The notes: generated from the letters alone by a model not told the origin. Counted from the first letter of the stretch, positions 19,457 through 29,527 are shown. The stretch is 64,000 bases of DNA from Planctomycetota bacterium (GCA_965223505.1 CBDCWP010000012.1:1-64000); one strand, 5' to 3'. Made by a program: numbers and translations.

Positions 19457-21439
19457 ATGCGGATGCGATTCATGCCCGGCCGTTGGTTGACAGGGGCGCT
19501 GCTCACGGCGGTCCTCGGCGCCTTGCTCGGGGCCACCCCGGTCGACGCCGGCGAGGGCGTCGCCACGGAGCGCTGGTACGAGAACTTCCGCCGCGGCAAG
19601 AAGAGCGGCCACTCGCGCGTCGTCTGGGCGCCGTCGACCTACGAGGGCAAGAAGACCGTCCACGACACCTCCGTGCACGTGTCGCGCACGATCCGTGACA
19701 TGGCCGGCCAGAAAGACGTCTTCGAGTCGACGACGACCACGGACCTCGAGCGCGACGACGACGGCTCGCTCTGGTTCCGCCGGGACCGCATCGAGGAAGC
19801 GGGTCGCGTGACGACCGTCGAGTACCGCTTCACCGGCAAGAGCTACACGCTGCTCGTCCAGCAGGAGGGACAGGAGCAGAAGAAAGAGATCTTGACCGAC
19901 AAACCGGTCATGACCGACGCGGAGTCGTTCCTCGGCGCGCTCATTCGCGCGGGAAAGCTCGAGAAGGGACAGAAGCACAAGGTCTCGCACCTCAACTGGC
20001 GCAAGCTCACCGTCGAGTACAACGAGGTCACCGTCGTCGGCAAGGAGACCGTCAAGGACGAGAACGGCGTCGAGATCGAGACGTTCAAGGTCGTCGAGCG
20101 CAATCCCTCGAGCGGCACCGAGATGACCATGTGGCTCGACACGTCGGGCGCGTTCGTCACCATCGAGGCGGAGGGCTTCTCGGCCCGCCGCGCGACCGCC
20201 GAGAAGGCGAGCGGTCACTTTCGCCCCGCCGAGTACAGCATCACCGTGCCGGCGAACCCCGGACTCGAGCGCATCTTCTCCGCCGACCGCACGGAGGTCG
20301 AGGTGCACCTACAGGGCGACGAGAGCCGCAAGCTTCCGAACTACCCGGACTCGCCCTGGAGCCGTGTGACCTCCGTTTCCGGCAGTCACGAGACCGGCTG
20401 GGTGCTGAAGGCGGAGCTTCGCAAGTACGACGATCCGGAAGCGCCTGGGACGTTGCCGGTCGATCCGAAGAACTTCGAGCGGGAGCTCGAGGCCACAGTC
20501 GACATGCCGTGCCTTCACCCGCGGCTCAAGGAGACCGCCGCGCAGATCATCGGCGACGAGAAGAACATCCGGCAGGCCGCGTACCTGATTGCGCGGTACG
20601 TGTACTCGTCATTGACCAAGGGTAGTCCGAGCGTGGGTCAGGCGTCCGCGCTGCAAATCCTCGACGAGAAGCGCGGCGACTGCTCCGAGCACGCGCTCTT
20701 GTTCGTCGCCCTGTGTCGCGCGGCCGGCATTCCGGCGCGGCGTTGCAGCGGGTACGTCTGTATCGGTTCGCTCTGGGGCGGCCACGCGTGGGCGGAGATT
20801 TGGGCCGGCAAGTGGATCGGCGCGGACCCGACGACCGGCGAGGTCGGTACCGCGGCCCGCTATCTCTTCCACGGCTACTCCGACCAACCCGACAGCTACC
20901 CGGGCGTCGTTTCGTCGCGCATCGCCGGACGGATCCGCATCCTCACAACGCATGTGGAGGAGGGCGGCGACAGCTACGACCTGCGCGATCCGTCGAAGCA
21001 CATGCTGCTCGACAAGGACGCCGGCCGGTACGTTCACGTGCTCGCGGGCATCGAGGCGCGCGACGTGCCGGACGACTGGAGCGTGACGGTGCTGCGGCAC
21101 AACATGATGCAGATTCGAGCCGAGGGGCTGAACGCACAAGTGTTGCTGCGCGCCGACCAGGGCGACGATCTGAAGAACTGGCGCCGTCGCATGGGGAACC
21201 AACCGGTCGTCGAAACCACGTTCGGCGAGTCGCCTGCGCTCGTGATGCGTCGCGGCAGCATGCGCGCCTACATCATTCACTCGCGTCGCCGCATCGTGTC
21301 CCTGCAGATCTCGGAGGGCTCGACCGAGCGTGTCGCGGAGCTCGAGAAGGTGCTGGCGCCGACGTTCGCGAAGTCGCCCCCCTCGTACGAACCGAAGAAG
21401 GAGGACGCGGACGACGACGCCGGGGACGACGGCAAGTAA
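19457..21439 (+). CDS. Secreted transglutaminase-like domain protein
   Basis: GDCSEHALLFVALCRAAGIPAR, HAWAEIW and DPT catalytic triad; signal peptide. Confidence 0.88.
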   Translation: MRMRFMPGRWLTGALLTAVLGALLGATPVDAGEGVATERWYENFRRGKKSGHSRVVWAPSTYEGKKTVHDTSVHVSRTIRDMAGQKDVFESTTTTDLERDDDGSLWFRRDRIEEAGRVTTVEYRFTGKSYTLLVQQEGQEQKKEILTDKPVMTDAESFLGALIRAGKLEKGQKHKVSHLNWRKLTVEYNEVTVVGKETVKDENGVEIETFKVVERNPSSGTEMTMWLDTSGAFVTIEAEGFSARRATAEKASGHFRPAEYSITVPANPGLERIFSADRTEVEVHLQGDESRKLPNYPDSPWSRVTSVSGSHETGWVLKAELRKYDDPEAPGTLPVDPKNFERELEATVDMPCLHPRLKETAAQIIGDEKNIRQAAYLIARYVYSSLTKGSPSVGQASALQILDEKRGDCSEHALLFVALCRAAGIPARRCSGYVCIGSLWGGHAWAEIWAGKWIGADPTTGEVGTAARYLFHGYSDQPDSYPGVVSSRIAGRIRILTTHVEEGGDSYDLRDPSKHMLLDKDAGRYVHVLAGIEARDVPDDWSVTVLRHNMMQIRAEGLNAQVLLRADQGDDLKNWRRRMGNQPVVETTFGESPALVMRRGSMRAYIIHSRRRIVSLQISEGSTERVAELEKVLAPTFAKSPPSYEPKKEDADDDAGDDGK

Positions 21440-21744
21440 CAACCCCCTACCTGTAGACGGAATCCAACAGGTTCGATCCGGCGGGTGGAGCCCATCTCGC
21501 GGCGAGGTTCGCGCCGCGTCCGAGCGGCGGTGACGTCGAGCCCGTCGTGGTCCAACCGGGCGCGCGGCTGGAGTGAGCGTCGAACGTCGGTGATCGACTT
21601 CGGTCGGTCTCCGGAGGCCACGCGTTCCCGTTCACTCTCACTTTCATTCCTGACCCCCGCCCGAGCCGGACGCCAATCCCGGAACCCGGCGAGTCCACCG
21701 ACCCCGACCTCGGTGTGTCCCTCCTTTCCTGCATCCTCTCGGCC

Positions 21745-22590
21745 ATGGAGCACTTGGCCAAGCTGCTGGCGCCGATCCCTCTGCCGGAGGCGCTGCCGAA
21801 GTCCGGCGGTCTGCCCACCGCCGTCGAAGGCGCGCTCGTCCACGATCTCGGCGCCGACCTGCCCGCCGGGCACCTGCACGTCTGGGGCGGTCCTCCGGGT
21901 GCGGGCAAGACGTCGTTCCTGCTGTCGCTGCTCTACGAAGCCGCGCTCGGCGGCCGCCGAGCGGTGTACGCCACCTACGACCTGCCCGCGTCCACCCTCG
22001 CGCTGCGGTTGCTGGCGATGTTGGCCGACGTCCAAACCGATGCGTTGCCGGAGGCGGGGAGACCGCTCGATGCGGACGGTCCTGCCCTCACGCGCGAAGA
22101 GGCGCGGCGGGCCTCCGCCGTGCGCGCCGGACTGGAGCCGCTCCCGTTCTGGATCCTCGAGTCGCGCGGGTTCTCGGCCGCGTCGCTGGGCGATCGTCTG
22201 GTGCGCATGCCGTATCGGCCGGACGTCGTCGTCGTCGACTACCTGCAGGCGGTCATCCGCGAGCCCGGCACGGAGTTGGGCACCGCATTGCGCGAGCTTT
22301 CGGACATGGCGGCGCGCCTGCACCTCGCCGTTCTGTGTGTCTTCCGTTCGGATCCGGGACGCCACGACGAACCCTGCGATGCGGGGACGGCGACAGATGT
22401 CGGGCGGCGGGAACCCGTGGATGCGTCCGTTGCCGGTGCGTCGCTGGCGGACGTCGCCGACCGTGTGGGCTGGATCGCGCCCGCGGAGGGATCGGGAGCG
22501 CGGCGCGCCCAGATCCTCGCGAATCGCTACGGGGATCGTCCGTCCATGCCGCTTCGCATCGACGACGCCACCGGCAGGCTCGCGCTGTAG
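21745..22590 (+). CDS. Stand-alone DnaB-like helicase C-terminal (RecA-fold) ATPase
   Basis: Walker A GPPGAGKT, Walker B VVVVDYLQ, C-terminal ANRYG; no DnaB N-terminal domain. Confidence 0.75.
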   Translation: MEHLAKLLAPIPLPEALPKSGGLPTAVEGALVHDLGADLPAGHLHVWGGPPGAGKTSFLLSLLYEAALGGRRAVYATYDLPASTLALRLLAMLADVQTDALPEAGRPLDADGPALTREEARRASAVRAGLEPLPFWILESRGFSAASLGDRLVRMPYRPDVVVVDYLQAVIREPGTELGTALRELSDMAARLHLAVLCVFRSDPGRHDEPCDAGTATDVGRREPVDASVAGASLADVADRVGWIAPAEGSGARRAQILANRYGDRPSMPLRIDDATGRLAL

Positions 22591-22596
22591 CGCGTC

Positions 22597-23046
22597 CTAC
22601 AATACGAAGCGAACCAACAGCTTCACGCGCCGCACGCTGCCGGCTTCGACCTGGAAGTCGCGCAGCTTCCCGCCGATGAGCGCGCGAATTGCGAGCAGAT
22701 CGTCGAGCGACATCGCCGGCGAGAAGACGTGCACGGCGACTTCGTCTTCGTTCCACGAGACCAGCTCGAGCAAGACGACGTCCACGATGTTCGCGATGCG
22801 GTGAACCCGATCGACCAGCGGATGCGTGTTCAACCGCCCCAGCGGCACCGCCTCGACCTTCTCGCGATCGAGCCAGAAGCTCTGGTCGCTCGTCGGAAAG
22901 AAAAGGCGCACGATGTTGCGCCGGTCTTCCATCAGGAGACCCGCCTCCGCCGGGCAGTTCAGCTGCTCGCGCACGCGCGGATACGGAATGATCACGATGT
23001 CCCCGACGCCGGGGCCGTCTTCTGATTCTCGTCGTCCGGCCGACAT
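22597..23046 (-). CDS. Hypothetical protein
   Basis: 149-aa ORF with normal codon bias, co-oriented 10 bp downstream of the SagB-like gene. Confidence 0.65.
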   Translation of the reverse strand: MSAGRRESEDGPGVGDIVIIPYPRVREQLNCPAEAGLLMEDRRNIVRLFFPTSDQSFWLDREKVEAVPLGRLNTHPLVDRVHRIANIVDVVLLELVSWNEDEVAVHVFSPAMSLDDLLAIRALIGGKLRDFQVEAGSVRRVKLLVRFVL

Positions 23047-23056
23047 GCGCGAGATG

Positions 23057-24511
23057 CTATGCGGGAACGCCGATGGTCGTGATGTACGCGACCGCGTGCT
23101 GCTGCCCGAGCATGAGGAGCGAATTCACGAACTCGTCGAAGAACCCGCCGATCCCACTGGCGCCGAAGCCGCAGCGCAGCGCCGCGAGATTCAGTCGCTG
23201 GCCGATCATGCCGGCTTGCAAGTGCGCCGTCCGGTAGATGCGTTCGCCGTAGCGTTCGACAGCGGACGGCAAGTCCAGCGTGTGGACGACGGCGAAGGAA
23301 CAGTCCCGCCCGAGTTCCTGGCGCAGACAACAGTCGTAGAGCGCGAGCCGCGGATTGCCGTAGCGCACGGGTGTCAACGCGTGTCCCTCGCTCTCGTAGC
23401 GATAGACGCCCTCCGCGATGCCGTTCACCGCCGACGCCACGACGTAGGTGTCGAGCACGTCGTCGACCAGCGCACCGCCGTCACGCGGATACGCGTATCC
23501 CAGGATGCTTCCGAGTGTGTCGGCCTGGATCGGCGACGCGCGAAACGAACGCGTCGACCGCCGGTTGCGAATGCTCTCCAGCATGCCCGAGCGCTGCGGC
23601 AAGGGCGTCGCAGGCAGGGAGACCGGGGCTTCGATTCCTTCGGGCCCCGGATCGCAGCGCGGCTCCGCCGGGAGCGCGTGGGCCGCTTCCAACGCGCCGG
23701 CGCCGTGCACGTGCGGGATCCAGTCGCCCTCGAGCGGGCTGGCCTGCGCATCATGGACATGGGATCGCTGCGGCGCCTGGCTCGTGACGGAGGGCGCATC
23801 CGCTTCGTCGATCACGGCGCTCAACAACAGCGCGCCCTCTTGCTTTCCGTCGAGCAAGAGGAGTCCGTTGACGCCCTCGTCCACGAAGTACGGCAGCGGC
23901 ACGACCGTTTGTCCGGACTGCGGCGCGACGATGCGCGCGTTGCCGAACACGTGTCCCGTGTCCAGGAGGACGCGCCGGTAGGCGCGGTCGCGGTAGCGCC
24001 ACGCGCTGCGTTCGAACACGCCGGTGCCGATCAACACCGCGCGCGCTTTCTCGACTGCCGCGTGGCCGAAGGTGTATCGAAGCAGCTCCGGCCAGAAGTC
24101 CCCTTCCCAGCACAACACGAGCGAGTGGTCGGGCGCGTGGTAGTCGAGGATGCCGTCGGGAATGCCCTCGATCCCGCGCACGGCGACGTACAGCTCCGCG
24201 GGATACAGCGCGCCGGCGGATGGAGCGGCGCGGAAGTGCGCGGACATGCCCGGGAACTCGCGCACGAGCGTGACGCCGTACGTGTGGTAGAGCAATCGAC
24301 CGAGCCGCTTCGCGTCGAGGGGACCCGTCGTCGGCTGCGTCGGCGTCTGTGCGCCCCCCTCGAGCTCGACGCGCCGCGCCTGATGCCACTGTTTGAACGG
24401 CGACGGCTGCGTGGCGAAGTTCAGGCCCGGATGCTGGCCGAGCGACTGCGGCGTGTAGATCGTCGCCGCGTGATAGCGCTCGCACAGAGATCGTTCGGTC
24501 AAGGGCGACAT
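23057..24511 (-). CDS. SagB/ThcOx family FMN-dependent dehydrogenase (tandem nitroreductase domains)
   Basis: RAAPSAGALYP, WRYRDRAYR..LLDTGH, RRSTRSF, GIGGFFD. Confidence 0.88.
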   Translation of the reverse strand: MSPLTERSLCERYHAATIYTPQSLGQHPGLNFATQPSPFKQWHQARRVELEGGAQTPTQPTTGPLDAKRLGRLLYHTYGVTLVREFPGMSAHFRAAPSAGALYPAELYVAVRGIEGIPDGILDYHAPDHSLVLCWEGDFWPELLRYTFGHAAVEKARAVLIGTGVFERSAWRYRDRAYRRVLLDTGHVFGNARIVAPQSGQTVVPLPYFVDEGVNGLLLLDGKQEGALLLSAVIDEADAPSVTSQAPQRSHVHDAQASPLEGDWIPHVHGAGALEAAHALPAEPRCDPGPEGIEAPVSLPATPLPQRSGMLESIRNRRSTRSFRASPIQADTLGSILGYAYPRDGGALVDDVLDTYVVASAVNGIAEGVYRYESEGHALTPVRYGNPRLALYDCCLRQELGRDCSFAVVHTLDLPSAVERYGERIYRTAHLQAGMIGQRLNLAALRCGFGASGIGGFFDEFVNSLLMLGQQHAVAYITTIGVPA

Positions 24512-24664
24512 GCTGCCAACCTACCGCCGCCGCGCGTACACCCACCGCGTGCACGCCGAGCCGCGCTTTCTCCCTGTCGAAGTCTTAACATCTAGGTGTC
24601 CCACGATGCGACGGTCGAACCCTCGCTGCTACGCTGGCCGCGTGATGTGTAGGGAACCGGTGGT

Positions 24665-25357
24665 ATGGCCGAAGCACGGATTGTAGTCATCGAGGACGAG
24701 CAGCAGGTCCGAGACGTCGTCTCGGAGATCCTCACCCAGTCCGGATTCGAGGTGCATGGCGCCGCTGACGGCCTCGCGGGACTGCGGATGATCAAGGAGC
24801 AGGAGCCCGATCTGGCGCTCCTGGACATCCAGCTGCCCGGCGGGTTGGACGGCATGTCGGTGTGCCGGAAGATCCGCGAGGATCCCGAGACCAAGCACAT
24901 GGCCGTCATCTCGCTGACGGGCACGCTGGCCCAGCAGACGGAGCAGAAGATGCTCGACGCCGGCGCGGACGACTACATCCAGAAGTCGAGCTTCAAGCCC
25001 AACATCCTGGTCAGTCGCGTACGGGCCGTGCTCCGGCGCACGCAGAACGCGAACAGCAGCGCCATCCGAACGGAACATCTGACGATCCAACCCGCACGGC
25101 GGGAGGCCGCAGTCGACGGGAGGGTCGTGAACCTCACCCCGACCGAGTTCGACATCCTGCACAAGCTGGCCAGCAATCCCGATCGGGCGCTGCCGCGCGC
25201 CGAGCTGCTCGACCGCGGCGAGGACGGCGAGGGGTCGGTGGACCGTACCGTCGACGTCCACATCCTCTCGATCCGTCGCAAGCTCGGAGAGTACGCGTGG
25301 CTGGTCTCGACCGTCTGGGGCGTGGGGTACCGGCTCGGTTCCGGACCCGGCTCGTAG
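24665..25357 (+). CDS. OmpR/PhoB-family DNA-binding response regulator
   Basis: Receiver domain plus winged helix: LTPTEF, RTVDVHI..IRRKL, TVWGVGY. Confidence 0.92.
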   Translation: MAEARIVVIEDEQQVRDVVSEILTQSGFEVHGAADGLAGLRMIKEQEPDLALLDIQLPGGLDGMSVCRKIREDPETKHMAVISLTGTLAQQTEQKMLDAGADDYIQKSSFKPNILVSRVRAVLRRTQNANSSAIRTEHLTIQPARREAAVDGRVVNLTPTEFDILHKLASNPDRALPRAELLDRGEDGEGSVDRTVDVHILSIRRKLGEYAWLVSTVWGVGYRLGSGPGS

Positions 25358-25547
25358 GCGGCGAACAACAGGCGAAGTCGACCTGTCTCGAAGCCGTCGA
25401 ACCTCGTGGTGTTCGTCTCGCCGTTGCAGCGCGCCGAAACGGGGCCCGTGGGGGCCCTTGCGGCCTGCCGGCCCCCCGGCCGCTTCCTTGGGCCTAACGC
25501 GCCGTAAGGCGTCCGTTCCGTACGCCGCGCTCAATGGCCAATTTGCC

Positions 25548-25581
25548 GAATTTCGGCTCTATTCTTGCGAATTCGACGTAA
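25548..25581 (+). promoter_or_regulatory. Upstream motif shared by both porin genes (copy 1)
   Basis: GAATTTCGGCTCTATTCTTGCGAATTCGACGTAA, similar to 27487-27521. Confidence 0.5.
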
Positions 25582-25839
25582 TTCGTGGCGGACTGCGGAC
25601 CGAGCGAGGAGGCCGCGGAGCCGCTTCCGGAGCCCGGATCGGCCCGATATGACGCCCATGTGACAGAAAAACACGAACAAAATACGAATCTGAGGGAAAC
25701 CCGCATCGATGTACTTCAGCCGCTCTGGACCCCTGCCGATGCTCCGTGTCAGACTTCCAAACATCGCGGAACCGAGGGTTGGTTTCGTGAAGGGTGGGCT
25801 CGCGTGGCAGGCGGCGAGCCGTACAGCAGGAGGGTAAGC

Positions 25840-27252
25840 ATGCGACAGTTTCTGGCGGCCGTGTTGGCCGTAGGTCTGGTGGCCGTGGTTGCGACGCCGT
25901 CGTTCGCCGATGAGGCGAATGCGCGTGACATCCAGGCTGCCGTGGATAGCTATCTCGCGAACAGCGAACAGGAGGCAAACCTGGTCGGTGGTCCGGGTAG
26001 CGCGGGCTACGACAGCGGCTTTTGGATTCGTGGCGGGGACTTCCTGCTGCGCATCAACCTGACGCTGCAGGCTCGTTTCGAAGCGTTCGACTGGGACAAC
26101 AACGAGCCCGGCACGCAGGTCGGAACGTCGCAGGAGCCGAGCCCCGGCGCCGGCGATCTCTCCGGATTCTCGCTGCCGCGCGCAACGTTGAAGTTCTCCG
26201 GCGAAGCGCCGTGCGACATCAACTACTACATGGAGTTGGAGTTCGGTCACTGGGGCGAGGACGCGCTCGAGAACGAGGCGAACACCTTCGGGACGTTCAT
26301 CAACGGAATCGGCAACTCGAACTTCCAGAACCAGAGCGGCAACTTCGACAACACGCGCGAAGCGTGGATCGAGTGGGCCTACAGCGATTCGTTCAACTTC
26401 CGTATGGGTCAGATCAAGACCCCGACCACGCGTCAGGCGATGGTCGCTCCCGAGCTGCAGCAGTTCGTGGACGTGTCGATGGCGACGGCGTACACGGGCC
26501 TTCTGATGCCGGGTTACACGGACCGCAACCGCGACCACGGCTTCTGCATTCACGGCGTGTTCGGTTGCAACAACGAGTTCAGCTACATGGTCGCCGTGAC
26601 GAACGGTGACGGTGGCGACTCGATCCGCAACGTGTTGGACCACAGCACCTCGGACAACCTCGCGTACTCGGGCCGCCTGAACTGGGCGTTCCTGAACGCG
26701 ATCGGTTACGAGGAAGGCGCCCTGCGCCAGCAGACGTGCCAGTGGTACGGCGAAGTCGGCGTGTGGGGTCACTACTACGCTGACCGTCGCGACAAGCCGC
26801 ACACCACGGTCGCTGACAAGATCCGCTACGGTGCGGACCTTGCGCTCGGCTACGGTGGCTGGTCGTTCACCGCCGCCTACACGATGGGCGAGGACGACGA
26901 CATCGGTGGCGCCGGCCCGGCTGTCGAGTACAGCGCGTGGTTGGTCCAGCTCGGCTACCACTTCCCGGGCACGGCCTGGGAGGTCGCTGCGCGCGCCAGC
27001 TCGTACGACACCGACCCCGATGCGGGCGTCGTGGGCAACGCCTTCGGCAACGGTGCTGTGACCGAGTTCGCCTTCGCGATCAACTACTACCTGAACGGCC
27101 ACGGCAACAAGCTCAGCTTGGACGCCTCGTTCATCAGTGGCGACGACATCGGCTCCGTGCTGATCTGGGACGCCTACGCGGGCTACGCCAACCGCCTGAG
27201 CGGCGAAGAGGACGCGATCCTCATTCGCTTCCAGTGGCAGCTGGCGCTCTAG
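25840..27252 (+). CDS. Outer-membrane beta-barrel porin (OprO/OprP-like), copy 1
   Basis: GGAGG RBS; signal peptide; AGYDSGFWI; GQIKTP; NYYLNGHGNKL; C-terminal beta-strand RFQWQLAL; codon use typical of high expression. Confidence 0.8.
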   Translation: MRQFLAAVLAVGLVAVVATPSFADEANARDIQAAVDSYLANSEQEANLVGGPGSAGYDSGFWIRGGDFLLRINLTLQARFEAFDWDNNEPGTQVGTSQEPSPGAGDLSGFSLPRATLKFSGEAPCDINYYMELEFGHWGEDALENEANTFGTFINGIGNSNFQNQSGNFDNTREAWIEWAYSDSFNFRMGQIKTPTTRQAMVAPELQQFVDVSMATAYTGLLMPGYTDRNRDHGFCIHGVFGCNNEFSYMVAVTNGDGGDSIRNVLDHSTSDNLAYSGRLNWAFLNAIGYEEGALRQQTCQWYGEVGVWGHYYADRRDKPHTTVADKIRYGADLALGYGGWSFTAAYTMGEDDDIGGAGPAVEYSAWLVQLGYHFPGTAWEVAARASSYDTDPDAGVVGNAFGNGAVTEFAFAINYYLNGHGNKLSLDASFISGDDIGSVLIWDAYAGYANRLSGEEDAILIRFQWQLAL

Positions 27253-27305
27253 TCGTCACAAGCGGCCGTTTGAGCCTGTCTTCGAGACGGGCGCTGTAAG
27301 AACTC

Positions 27306-27338
27306 GAGCCCCGGCGACCTCGGTCGCCGGGGCTTTTT
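27306..27338 (+). terminator. Rho-independent terminator
   Basis: AGCCCCGGCGACC-TC-GGTCGCCGGGGCT followed by TTTT. Confidence 0.85.
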
Positions 27339-27486
27339 CGTGCCTGCGCTCGACCGGGTGACCGGCGACCGCGGCATCCGGACCGGCACCCGGCCCAAAG
27401 ACGTGGGGATCCGTGGCGTCCCGGGGCGAACAACCGGCTGATGCGGACACCCGTCGGCCGTGGACCCGACGCTCGATTCGCGGACA

Positions 27487-27521
27487 GAAATTGGCTCTAT
27501 TGTTCTGAATTCGGCACGTAA
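27487..27521 (+). promoter_or_regulatory. Upstream motif shared by both porin genes (copy 2)
   Basis: GAAATTGGCTCTATTGTTCTGAATTCGGCACGTAA. Confidence 0.5.
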
Positions 27522-27817
27522 ACGGCAATTCGGACGCATTCGGTGAGATGGCCTGAAGAGGAAATTCGCCAGGTGACGAAGCCGTTACGCACGGAGCGCA
27601 AACAACAGGCTGAAACGAGGGGGTTGAGGCGGTCCTCCGGTCCGTGAACCCCTGGGGTCGGCCGATTCCTTCGTTCAGACTGCTCCGCTTCCTTTGCGGA
27701 GGCAGGGCAGTCTCCCCTTCGCGGGGGTGAGGGGCCACGGGGCCCGGGACAGTTTTCGGTCAGCCGCGCCGTGCGCGATCGGCGGCCGGCGCGAATGACA
27801 CATGAAAGGGCAGGATC

Positions 27818-29227
27818 ATGAGGACTTTCTTGGCGGCCATGTTGGCCGTAGGTCTGGTGGCCGTGGTTGCCACGCCCGCGTTTGCCGATGAGGCGAATGC
27901 GCGTGACATCCAGGCTGCCGTAGATAGCTATCTCGCGAACAGCGAACAGGAAGCAAACCTGGTCGGTGGTCCGGGTAGCGCGGGCTACGACAGCGGCTTT
28001 TGGATTCGTGGCGGGGACTTCCTGCTGCGCATCAACCTGACGCTGCAGGCTCGTTTCGAAGCGTTCGACTGGGACAACAACGAGCCCAGCAACGCCGGCA
28101 TCACGGCTCGTCAGGGCGAAGCTGCGGGTGACCTTTCCGGTTTCTCGTTGCCGCGCGCGACGGTCAAGTTCTCCGGCGAAGCGCCCTGTGACATCAACTA
28201 CTACTTGGAGTTGGAGTTCGGTCACTGGGGTGAGGACGCCGCGGAGAACGAGTCGAACATCGGTGGGACGTTCCTGAACGAGTTGGGTAACTCCAACTTC
28301 CAGAACCAGAGCGGCAACTTCGACAACTCGCGTGAAGCGTGGATCGAGTGGGCCTACAGCGATTCGTTCAACTTCCGTATGGGTCAGATCAAGACCCCGA
28401 CCACGCGTCAGGCGATGGTCGCTCCCGAGCTGCAGCAGTTCGTGGACGTGTCGATGGCGACGGCGTACACGGGCCTTCTGATGCCGGGTTACACGGACCG
28501 CAACCGCGACCATGGCTTCATGGTTCACGGTGTGTTCGGTTGCAACAACGAGTTCAGCTACATGGTCGCCGTGACGAACGGTGACGGTGGCGACTCGATC
28601 CGCAACGTGTTGGACCACAGCACCTCGGACAACCTCGCGTACTCGGGCCGCCTGAACTGGGCGTTCCTGAACGCGATCGGTTACGAGGAAGGCGCCCTGC
28701 GCCAGCAGACGTGCCAGTGGTACGGCGAAGTCGGCGTGTGGGGTCACTACTACGCTGACCGTCGCGACAAGCCGCACACCACGGTCGCTGACAAGATCCG
28801 CTACGGTGCGGACCTTGCGCTCGGCTACGGTGGCTGGTCGTTCACCGCCGCCTACACGATGGGCGAGGATGACGACATCGGTGGCGCCGGCCCGGCTGTC
28901 GAGTACAGCGCGTGGTTGGTCCAGCTCGGCTACCACTTCCCGGGCACGGCCTGGGAGGTCGCTGCGCGCGCCAGCTCGTACGACACCGACCCCGATGCGG
29001 GCGTCGTGGGCAACGCCTTCGGCAACGGTGCTGTGACCGAGTTCGCCTTCGCGATCAACTACTACCTGAACGGCCACGGCAACAAGCTCAGCTTGGACGC
29101 CTCGTTCATCAGTGGCGACGACGTCGGCTCCGCGCTGATCTGGGACGCCTACGCCGGCTACGCCAACAGCCTCAACGGCGAAGAGGACGCGATCCTCATT
29201 CGCTTCCAGTGGCAGCTGGCGCTCTAG
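27818..29227 (+). CDS. Outer-membrane beta-barrel porin (OprO/OprP-like), copy 2
   Basis: 469 aa; near-identical to 25840-27252 (470 aa). Confidence 0.8.
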   Translation: MRTFLAAMLAVGLVAVVATPAFADEANARDIQAAVDSYLANSEQEANLVGGPGSAGYDSGFWIRGGDFLLRINLTLQARFEAFDWDNNEPSNAGITARQGEAAGDLSGFSLPRATVKFSGEAPCDINYYLELEFGHWGEDAAENESNIGGTFLNELGNSNFQNQSGNFDNSREAWIEWAYSDSFNFRMGQIKTPTTRQAMVAPELQQFVDVSMATAYTGLLMPGYTDRNRDHGFMVHGVFGCNNEFSYMVAVTNGDGGDSIRNVLDHSTSDNLAYSGRLNWAFLNAIGYEEGALRQQTCQWYGEVGVWGHYYADRRDKPHTTVADKIRYGADLALGYGGWSFTAAYTMGEDDDIGGAGPAVEYSAWLVQLGYHFPGTAWEVAARASSYDTDPDAGVVGNAFGNGAVTEFAFAINYYLNGHGNKLSLDASFISGDDVGSALIWDAYAGYANSLNGEEDAILIRFQWQLAL

Positions 29228-29274
29228 CCAACCGATCGACGCCCGCCCCTCCCCGGGGGCGGGTCTGACTTGCT

Positions 29275-29309
29275 GGAGCTCCGGCGACTTCGTCGCCGGA
29301 GCTCCTTTT
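29275..29309 (+). terminator. Rho-independent terminator
   Basis: GGAGCTCCGGCGAC-TTC-GTCGCCGGAGCTCC followed by TTTT. Confidence 0.85.
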
Positions 29310-29330
29310 GTTCGCGGGACCTCGGTTGCT

Positions 29331-29527
29331 GGAAGCAGCGTTCCGAGACAGGGCGATGACGTTGTTTCGCGAACATGACAGTTGGGAGTAGCGCATCCCC
29401 GCCTGCTGGGGGCGGCGTCGCTCTCAGGATGTGGTGCCGAAACGCCGGGCCGAAGAGCCGGGGGTCGTAGGGAACACTCGGTTCCAAGGCCAACGAGCTC
29501 CCCCTGTCCTGGAGTTCGCGGCGTTCC
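29331..29527 (+). ncRNA. ssrS: Probable 6S RNA
   Basis: About 200 nt between two terminators; the ends pair (GACAGGG/CCCTGTC, CGTTG/CAACG, GAAC/GTTC) to form a rod with a central bulge; GAAC...TTGGGAG and GGTTCCAAG resemble 6S motifs. Confidence 0.6.

Noticed and set aside
21447..21647. ThiS/MoaD-like small ORF (MKVRVNG...)
   Set aside because: No C-terminal GG and the rest of the sequence is not ubiquitin-like.
23057..24511. Azole-RiPP biosynthetic cluster
   Set aside because: The SagB-like gene stands alone, with no YcaO, E1-like protein or precursor peptide nearby.
27512..27528. Sigma54 promoter (CGGCACG-N4-CGGCA)
   Set aside because: The GG-N10-GC spacing fits, but the -12 element is weak and is not kept in the homologous motif upstream of porin copy 1.
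27580..27640. c-di-GMP-I riboswitch (ACGCAC..GCAAAC)
   Set aside because: The second GCAAAG..GGxCTAA half and the P2 hairpin are missing.
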